This document shows positions 57,409-64,000 of a DNA stretch of 64,000 nt, piece after piece (position 1 is the stretch's first letter; each line of letters starts with the position of its first letter). The notes under the pieces were generated by a model. The model was not told the origin of the DNA. It made no database searches and saw nothing but the letters and a program-made list of their open reading frames with translations. Origin of the DNA: an uncultured Gammaproteobacteria bacterium. GTDB lineage: Bacteria > Patescibacteriota > Patescibacteriia > Patescibacteriales > UBA12465. The stretch is from positions 341-64,340 of the forward strand of contig CAZPKN010000001.1 of assembly GCA_964587195.1 (NCBI GenBank), read 5' to 3'. The position numbers and the translations under genes are program-made.

Positions 57409-57620
57409 ATATCTTAATTGTTCCTTGAGGAACAATTTAGCAAATCACTAATATTACCCTAGAATTATAGCAAAAAGGGAAGAGCTGTCAATAGTCAATA
57501 AGAATGGGGTTTTTTATAGTTATTTTATTTGATATTAGGTAAGATATTAACAAATTTAAAAATAAAAGAGCCCCGACTTATGTGTATGCGGGGCTAAAAT
57601 ATTTTTCTTTAGGATCATTG

Positions 57621-58010
57621 CTATAACAACAAAATTATATTTGCCGTTATAGCAGCATAAAAAATTATTACTGCCAATACTCTGGCTCTTGGCCTTTGGG
57701 CCCAGGCAGCGGCAGCAACAAAAGCCGCAGCACTAGCCGATATTACGGCAGTCATTGCCGCTAAAGTATCAGCTGCGAAGACTCCCATAAGAGAGCTCGC
57801 CACTAAAGCAGCGAAAGCTGCCATTGCTACGATGGCGGCAGCATCAGATTGGTTTTTTTTATAAAGCCAGCCTGACGCTAGCATACTTATCACTGCAGCC
57901 ATGCTGCAGAATGCTGAAGCGGGCGCTCCTGTCGATAATATGATAGATTGCGCACTAACATAACCCGCAGCCCAAAAAGCTGCCAATAAAATAAAAATAA
58001 TCTTTTTCAT
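57621..58010 (-). CDS. Ala-rich hydrophobic hypothetical membrane protein with signal peptide
   Basis: MKK..VSA|Q signal; four hydrophobic segments; SD aggagcgg. Confidence 0.7.
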   Translation of the reverse strand: MKKIIFILLAAFWAAGYVSAQSIILSTGAPASAFCSMAAVISMLASGWLYKKNQSDAAAIVAMAAFAALVASSLMGVFAADTLAAMTAVISASAAAFVAAAAWAQRPRARVLAVIIFYAAITANIILLL

Positions 58011-58044
58011 TTTTCTTTACCGCTCCTAACGGCTTTTTTAATTT

Positions 58045-58177
58045 AGTTAAACATAGAATAATTACTAGTTTGGCTAATATTAGTAAAACTAGTACTTATT
58101 CCATGCTAACCGTCTTGTCAAAGAACGCTATTATTTACATAACAAATAATTATATCATATTTATAGCTTAATGTCAA
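58045..58177 (-). promoter_or_regulatory. sigma70 promoter + boxA-like motif + long hairpin leader (copy 2)
   Basis: TTGACA-17-TATAAT, gttctttgacaa, hairpin homologous to 43790-43916. Confidence 0.8.
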
Positions 58178-58257
58178 TAGTTTTGCGCATCAAGAAAAAG
58201 CGTTGATTATAAAAAAACAACCAATCTACTAATAGGAAGATAATGGCTGTTTTCTAG

Positions 58258-58329
58258 TGTCCCCGCCGGGAGTCGAACCTGGATCTAGAACTTAGGAGGT
58301 TCTTGTTCTATCCATTGAACTACGAGGAC
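58258..58329 (-). tRNA. tRNA-Arg(CCT)
   Basis: gtcctcgtagttcaatggatagaacaagaacctCCTaagttctagatccaggttcgactcccggcggggaca. Confidence 0.95.
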
Positions 58330-58479
58330 GTTTTGACGTGTCTCCTTTATTCTACCTTAAGGAATCCATTATTTCAATCATCTTTTACTTAACTATTTTA
58401 ACTTGTTTTTACTTTGACAATTGCCTCATCTTAACCTAAAATAACAGTATAAAATTAACTTAAATTTTATTACAACCAT

Positions 58480-58884
58480 ATGTTCAGCAAAGAAACTAGG
58501 CTGGAAAAATTCAAAGATGCCGAAACCATCATCGGGGCTTCCATTAAGGTCAAAGGAAATTTCCAGGGACAGGGTAACATTATTATCGAAGGAACCTTAG
58601 AGGGTTCGCTAAAAACTAATGCCAATCTTTTCATCGGAGAAAAAGCGAAAGTAATTGCCAACGTTGAAGCAAAAGATGCTATCGTCAATGGAGAACTACG
58701 CGGCAACCTGAAGACTAAAGGTTATTTAGCTTTAGGTGGAAGCGCTAAAATATTCGGCGACATCCAATATGGAGAATTATCTGTCGAAAGGGGCGCTTCT
58801 ATCAACGGACAATTATTAGCTAACGGCGAGAACAACCACCGAGAAGCTAAGCGGGAAGAAAAGGCTGAAGAAGTCATCAAATAA
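58480..58884 (+). CDS. bactofilin (polymer-forming cytoskeletal protein)
   Basis: ETIIGASIKVKG, IEG.LEG, VNGEL.GN, L.VERGASING. Confidence 0.92.
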   Translation: MFSKETRLEKFKDAETIIGASIKVKGNFQGQGNIIIEGTLEGSLKTNANLFIGEKAKVIANVEAKDAIVNGELRGNLKTKGYLALGGSAKIFGDIQYGELSVERGASINGQLLANGENNHREAKREEKAEEVIK

Positions 58885-58896
58885 AACGGAGCTTTT

Positions 58897-59634
58897 ATGC
58901 ACGTCTATATTTACGACGATTATTTGAATAAGTCCAAATATAACCGAGCTATTAACAAATTGGAAATTCGTCTAACCGATCTTGGCTTAAATGGAAAGAT
59001 TATCAGACTAGGGGGAATAAAAAACATTCGAGGAACTATCCAGCATGAGATAAAATTAGGAGCGAAAACTATTGTCGCTGTCGGCAATAACCAAACTGTT
59101 AACAAAATCATCGGAGCGATTATTGATACGGAAATATATAGTGATTTTCAGAAAAAAACCTTATTAGGGCTTATTCCTATCGGCGATGACAATTCTATCG
59201 CCGCTTCTTTTGGAATAAAAAATGTTGATGAGGCCTGCAATATTTTACTAGCGAGAAGGATAGAAAAAATCGATCTCGGCCTGGTCGGGCAATATTATTT
59301 TCTCAATCATGCGTCCATCCAGAGCTTAGGCACTCAAATCGCGATTGATGATTATACTCTAGAAATAAGCGAGAGAGGGGAAGTTAAAATAATTAATCTT
59401 TTAAGCGATACTAAAGAAAAAATAAAATCGAATCCGCATGATGGAAAATTAGATGTCCTAATTAAAACGCGTAAAAAAGATGAGTCGATTATTACTGTGA
59501 AAAAATTAACGATTACTAATCCTCAAGAAAAACTAATAGTCGACGATGTCGTCGAAATTAATACTCCGGTTGAAGTTGGTATTATGAAAGATAAGGTAAG
59601 CGTGATTGTCGGTAAAAATCGCTTGTTTGAATAA
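58897..59634 (+). CDS. diacylglycerol kinase catalytic-domain-like protein (degenerate GGDG motif)
   Basis: TIVAVGNNQTV, LGLIPIG..NSIA, IDLG, YFLN, DGKLDV. Confidence 0.75.
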   Translation: MHVYIYDDYLNKSKYNRAINKLEIRLTDLGLNGKIIRLGGIKNIRGTIQHEIKLGAKTIVAVGNNQTVNKIIGAIIDTEIYSDFQKKTLLGLIPIGDDNSIAASFGIKNVDEACNILLARRIEKIDLGLVGQYYFLNHASIQSLGTQIAIDDYTLEISERGEVKIINLLSDTKEKIKSNPHDGKLDVLIKTRKKDESIITVKKLTITNPQEKLIVDDVVEINTPVEVGIMKDKVSVIVGKNRLFE

Positions 59635-59677
59635 TCTCTCGCTTTAAAATATTTCTTGAAATTACTATTTTTCATTC

Positions 59678-59832
59678 TAATAAAAAAGACCGACTTAAAC
59701 GGGTAGGCAAGAAAATTTCTTCTAGGCACCTTCGAGCACAATGCCGGAAAAATCCTAACAAGAAAATCCCCATGCTTGTCGTGCCTGACCCGTTTAAAGC
59801 GGTCTTTTATATTTACTGTCATTCTTAAACAA
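59678..59832 (-). ncRNA. candidate rod-shaped non-coding RNA (6S-like?)
   Basis: TTGACA-17-TATAGT promoter at ~59867-59839; long closing stem aaaagaccg..aaacgggtcaggca / tgcctacccgttt..cggtctttt followed by a U-run. Confidence 0.5.
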
Positions 59833-60013
59833 CTGATTACTATATCATAAGTTATTACTGTTGTCAATAGTTTTATCCACAGATTAGTAACAAAGAGCAC
59901 GGTCTATAAAACCTCGGATTCACCCGAGGTTTTATTGTTTAATATTAGGAAATTTTTATGAAAAGTGGTAATCTTTTCTAAAGCTTATCTTAATGAAGCC
60001 ATCGCTACTTGTT

Positions 60014-62059
60014 TTAAACCTTAATAACTACCGGCAAAACCATTGGGCGCCTCTTAGTCGTTTTAAATAAGAATTGACCGATATCGTTCCTGATTTTATT
60101 TTTAATATAATCATCATCAGCGGCTGTCATCGGATTCTTATCTTTGACAATTGTTTTGACCTTAGCACGAGTTTTTTCAATTAAATCGCGGCTCTCTTTC
60201 ATATAGATAAATCCGCGCGAAATAATATCGGGGTTGCCGATTATTGATCCGGTTTTAGAATCAATGGTCGCAATAATAACAATCATGCCGTCATCAGACA
60301 TTAAACGTCTGTCGCGCAAAACAACTTCTGAGACATCGCCTACTCCAAGGCCATCAACCATCACATAGTCTGTATTGGCTTTTTCTTTAAGAACAAGCGG
60401 CTTTTGATTTTTTTGAAAACGGAGAATCTGTCCATTATCAAGAACAAAAACCTGTTCATCTTTAAAGCCTTGCCGAAGCGCTAATTTTTTAGCTTCAACC
60501 AACATATAATGATTGGCGTAAACTGGTAAAAAATAATCCGGCTTAACCTGGCTTAAAATATTTTTAATGTCCTCCGCATTAGCATGGCCGCCGGAATGGA
60601 CATCCATGATACTGCTATGGATAACATGATCGCTTAAGCGGTATAGCTGATCTTTTATTTTTTGGATAGAGCGTTCGTTGCCGGGAATAATCGAAGAGGA
60701 AAAAACGACCGTATCTGACTTTTTAATATTAATATAACGATGATTGCCGTTAACTATTCTAGAAAAAACGGCGTTTGGTTCGCCCTGCGCGCCTGTACAA
60801 ATGACGACAATCTTATTTTCTGGATAATCATGGACTTGTTCGACTGGGATAAGAGTATTCTTATGAGCGGCGATATAGCCTAATTCTTGGGCAATTTTAA
60901 CATTAATCTTCATGCCGTATCCATCCAGGGCTACTTTTTTACCGATTTTTTCAGCATAAGCAATTAAACTAGAAACTCTTTCTAGCTGGGAAGCAAATGT
61001 GCCGATAATCACCCGTCCTTGAGCCTCTCTAATAATCATTTCTAAGTTCGCTAAAGTTGTTTTCGTTGAAACTCGTTCCTTAGAATAGGCGACTCCTAGA
61101 CTTTCTAGCATCAAAATACGCGGCGCCGGCAGGGAAGCGAGGTGTTTGTAATCAACTACGCCAGACCCATTATCATCATATTCTATCATCCAGTCGCCAG
61201 GATGGATAACGGTTCCATGCGGAGTCTTAATAATTACGCCGACGGCATCAACAATAGAATGCTCGACTTGAAAAAAACTAATTTTAAACTTACCAAGCGC
61301 TATTTCTTGATTAAGGGAGTTTATCGTAATGGTTTTTAAATTCTTAGTTGTGCCTTTTTTATAATCTTCTTGTCGATGTTTAATCATCGCTAAAGTAAGC
61401 TTGCGTCCGACAATAGGCGGATTACCTAATTGCTCCAGTAATATCGGGGCTGCCCCGATATGATCAAGATGACCATGACTAAAAATAACCCCGCGGATAT
61501 TTTTTTTCTTATTTTTTAAATAATCAACGTTAGGTACTATATAATCGACTCCCGGCATATCTTCATCGGCAAACTGCATCCCCATATCAAGAATGATTAT
61601 ATCGTCTTCATATTCAAAAATGGTGCAGTTGCGTCCGACCTCCTCTTGCCCGCCCAGAGGAATAATCCTTAAAGATGCTTCTGAAATATTTTTACCGCCG
61701 GAAAAAGATGGCTTAGAAACAGTTTTTACAGGAGCTAAATTTCTCTTATTAATAAACGTCGGCTTGTCTCCAAGCTTCGAACGATTAGAGGTCGAAAAAT
61801 TTTTTTTACCGGTTTGATAGTTTTTTTTATCTCCCGAATAACGGTTATTCTGGCGGTTCACATTAACCGGGGATGATTTAATAATCGATGGACGCTTTCC
61901 GCCGCCGACTATCATATCGGAAGCTAAAAAAGCCTCCAGTCCGCGACTGGATGCCGGTACCGACCCTTGAGGGGCGGCTTTCTTTTGAGTGGCGTTGAAA
62001 TTTTTTGTTCCAACAAACCTTTTCCGAGCATTATTCGGATTTGATTGCTTAACTAGCAT
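60014..62059 (-). CDS. rnj: ribonuclease J with long N-terminal low-complexity extension
   Basis: IIPLGGQEEVGRN, SHGHLDHIG, TGAQGEP, IPGNE, HSGGH, RRPMVLPV. Confidence 0.95.
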   Translation of the reverse strand: MLVKQSNPNNARKRFVGTKNFNATQKKAAPQGSVPASSRGLEAFLASDMIVGGGKRPSIIKSSPVNVNRQNNRYSGDKKNYQTGKKNFSTSNRSKLGDKPTFINKRNLAPVKTVSKPSFSGGKNISEASLRIIPLGGQEEVGRNCTIFEYEDDIIILDMGMQFADEDMPGVDYIVPNVDYLKNKKKNIRGVIFSHGHLDHIGAAPILLEQLGNPPIVGRKLTLAMIKHRQEDYKKGTTKNLKTITINSLNQEIALGKFKISFFQVEHSIVDAVGVIIKTPHGTVIHPGDWMIEYDDNGSGVVDYKHLASLPAPRILMLESLGVAYSKERVSTKTTLANLEMIIREAQGRVIIGTFASQLERVSSLIAYAEKIGKKVALDGYGMKINVKIAQELGYIAAHKNTLIPVEQVHDYPENKIVVICTGAQGEPNAVFSRIVNGNHRYINIKKSDTVVFSSSIIPGNERSIQKIKDQLYRLSDHVIHSSIMDVHSGGHANAEDIKNILSQVKPDYFLPVYANHYMLVEAKKLALRQGFKDEQVFVLDNGQILRFQKNQKPLVLKEKANTDYVMVDGLGVGDVSEVVLRDRRLMSDDGMIVIIATIDSKTGSIIGNPDIISRGFIYMKESRDLIEKTRAKVKTIVKDKNPMTAADDDYIKNKIRNDIGQFLFKTTKRRPMVLPVVIKV

Positions 62060-62180
62060 AGTTTTTTATCCGCCAGCGTTTCGATATTTCCTAATATGCT
62101 AAGCAAAAGGCTAATAGGCGATAGGGCGGACTGATTTAATTTTATGAGTTTATCACCTGGAGATAGCTGAAAATAGCTAA

Positions 62181-63971
62181 CTACCAGATTAATTTAGTTT
62201 TGGTTTTCAAGTACCAATCAGCGACAGTCGCAAAGCGATCCGATGGCTCTACAAGCGTGGTTGCCTGGAAACCATGAACCTTTTTACTTTGTACGTAAGT
62301 ATAGGTAGGTGAATAAAGGAAAATGGCCGGTAAATTGCTAGCGATATTTTCCTGAAATTTTTTGTATTTTGTTATCCTCTCTGTCAGGTTGGCAGTCTCC
62401 CGCCCTTCAGTTAAAAGCGTGTCCGCTTCAGCATTGTTATAACTCGCGATATTTAAACCGCCCGCCTTGGCTTGGCTGGAATGCCAAAAAGCATAAACAT
62501 CTGGATCAGCCCCAACTGCTTGACCATAAAAAATTATTTCAAAATCGCGACCCTTAACAACTTCCGCGGCTTTTTCACTAGCAATAATTTTTAATTCAAC
62601 CGCGACGCCGATGCTTTCCCAATATTGTTTAATCTTTTCGGCAACAGCAACATTACGTCCTGAGTCAACAACAGTCAGGCTAGTAGAGGCTAATTTATTT
62701 TTAATATTATTAGCCGCTTCTTCCGGATTATAGCCATATCGGATTATCTCGTTGTTGTATGCATAATTATTTTTCAAGATAGGTCCGTCTTCTGAACGAT
62801 AGGCCCCATCAAAAATATCTTTGATAAGCTGTTCTTTATCGATTGCCTGGGCTAAAGAAATTCGAGCGGTTTTGTCGCCGAGCGCCTTATCTTTTTCAAA
62901 ATTAAAGAAGAGGCCAAAGACCTGCGGGCGAGCCAGCTCATGAAAAAAGAGCGAGTCCTTAGCAATTAATTCCTGCCTTTCATTAAGAGGCAAATAGCCC
63001 AATCCATCTATCTGGTTATCATTCAAAGCTTTAATGGCTTCTGTATAATTAACAAAGAATTTAAACTTAATATTTTTTATATAAGGCTTCTGGCTATAAT
63101 ATTCATCATTAACCGCTAAATTATATTCTTTAATTTCGCCATCTTTATTCTTAACTAAAGACTTAAATTTATACAAACCTGATCCAATTGGCTTAAGATT
63201 TAGCTCTGACAAAATAGCCGAACCAGGGACAACTTTTTCCCAAACGTTTTTTGGCAATATGCCAAAAGTTAAATTGCTCAAAAAAGGAGCATACGGAGAG
63301 CTTAGAGAAATTTTAAGAGTAAAGTCGTCGACTCTTTCTAGCTCGGCGCCACTAAAAATATTTTTTAAAGGGGAGCGGTATTCCTCATTCTTGATAGCGC
63401 TAATAGTAAAAATAACATCATCAATGGTTAAGCTCTCGCCATTATGCCATTTAACGCCTTCTTTTATTTTAAAAATATATTCCGTATTTCCATTAATAGA
63501 ATATTCGGCAACCAAATCATTGACTAGTTCTCCTTCGCCGTTATAGCGGAATAAGCTCGAATAAATTAAACGACTTAAATCACTATCAATGTCCCGATTA
63601 ACGGCATAAAGCGGGTTAATTGCCTTCGGATAAGCAATAACGCCTTCAATGTATTCCCCTCCTACGAGCGGGGAGTAGCTTAAATGCTTTTTAAAAAAAG
63701 CGACGCCCAAATAAGCAGCGTTAACAATAATGAGCAAAAGACAGATTTTGATTATTAAATATTCCCTAGGATTCAAGAAACGGTGTAAATGTTTAAGTTG
63801 CTGTCCGCTAGGAATCTTTTTAGGAGACAAATCATAAACTAGCTTTTGATCAACATTAATATGGTTAAAATTTTTTCTTTTAGAAAAATGTTTCCCAAAT
63901 ATGCCAAAAAACGACCAAAGATAATTGGTAATTTTTTTAAAAAAGTTTGTTTTGCGCTTGAATAAGTTCAC
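62181..63971 (-). CDS. peptide ABC transporter substrate-binding protein (SBP family 5), membrane anchored
   Basis: GGEYIEG, INP, LIYSSL, KWHNG..LT.DDVIFT, PIGSG.YKF, DPDVYAFWHSSQ. Confidence 0.9.
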   Translation of the reverse strand: MNLFKRKTNFFKKITNYLWSFFGIFGKHFSKRKNFNHINVDQKLVYDLSPKKIPSGQQLKHLHRFLNPREYLIIKICLLLIIVNAAYLGVAFFKKHLSYSPLVGGEYIEGVIAYPKAINPLYAVNRDIDSDLSRLIYSSLFRYNGEGELVNDLVAEYSINGNTEYIFKIKEGVKWHNGESLTIDDVIFTISAIKNEEYRSPLKNIFSGAELERVDDFTLKISLSSPYAPFLSNLTFGILPKNVWEKVVPGSAILSELNLKPIGSGLYKFKSLVKNKDGEIKEYNLAVNDEYYSQKPYIKNIKFKFFVNYTEAIKALNDNQIDGLGYLPLNERQELIAKDSLFFHELARPQVFGLFFNFEKDKALGDKTARISLAQAIDKEQLIKDIFDGAYRSEDGPILKNNYAYNNEIIRYGYNPEEAANNIKNKLASTSLTVVDSGRNVAVAEKIKQYWESIGVAVELKIIASEKAAEVVKGRDFEIIFYGQAVGADPDVYAFWHSSQAKAGGLNIASYNNAEADTLLTEGRETANLTERITKYKKFQENIASNLPAIFLYSPTYTYVQSKKVHGFQATTLVEPSDRFATVADWYLKTKTKLIW

Positions 63972-64000
63972 AGATCTTTTAGTTGCCCTTGTTTTCGCTT

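Larger units (their letters stand above)
56265..57434. repeat. three copies of the 16-bp palindrome TGTTCCTYRAGGAACA (56265-56280, 56944-56959, 57419-57434)
   Basis: Read directly; all three copies are intergenic. Confidence 0.85.

Noticed and set aside
59523-59900. 125-aa minus-strand ORF; SRP RNA identity for the same region
   Set aside because: The ORF overlaps a convergent gene and spans a promoter; the SRP domain IV GGAA/AGCAG motif is absent
1-64000. Prophage, IS transposase, integrase, reverse transcriptase or alternative genetic code
   Set aside because: No such ORFs recognised; conserved genes are intact under code 11 and comM ends at TGA

Overview
AT-rich bacterial chromosomal segment, standard genetic code, most consistent with a Patescibacteria/CPR genome. 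That assignment is an inference from the mostly SD-less housekeeping genes, the tandem VirB2/TrbC-like pilins and the compact gene set. It carries housekeeping genes (rpsF-ssb-rpsR, efp, rpsD, rplS, lspA, lgt, tsaE, smc, comM/yifB, ppsA, trxB, rnj), 8 tRNA genes, and a defence island after tRNA-Ser: a type IC restriction-modification system packed with PrrC, a second ABC-ATPase-HEPN, Fic, HNH and DUF2779 genes. The most striking unexplained structure is a family of non-coding 152-257 bp elements behind five different tRNAs (Ser, Asp, Val, Gly, Ala). Each follows the plan [terminator][antisense copy of that tRNA's T-arm/acceptor end][GC-rich branched hairpins][duplicated tRNA 3' end]. Some are tandemly amplified, some carry a 20-bp perfect palindrome, and one abuts a fic cassette. 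Other notable items: a duplicated promoter+boxA+hairpin leader on two unrelated orphan genes, a hinge-less SMC with matched ~90-aa duplications in both arms, three parS-like palindromes, a promoter-driven rod-shaped ncRNA candidate, and prrC bracketed by a duplicated hsdS 3' end. All calls are from manual reading; no searches were run.
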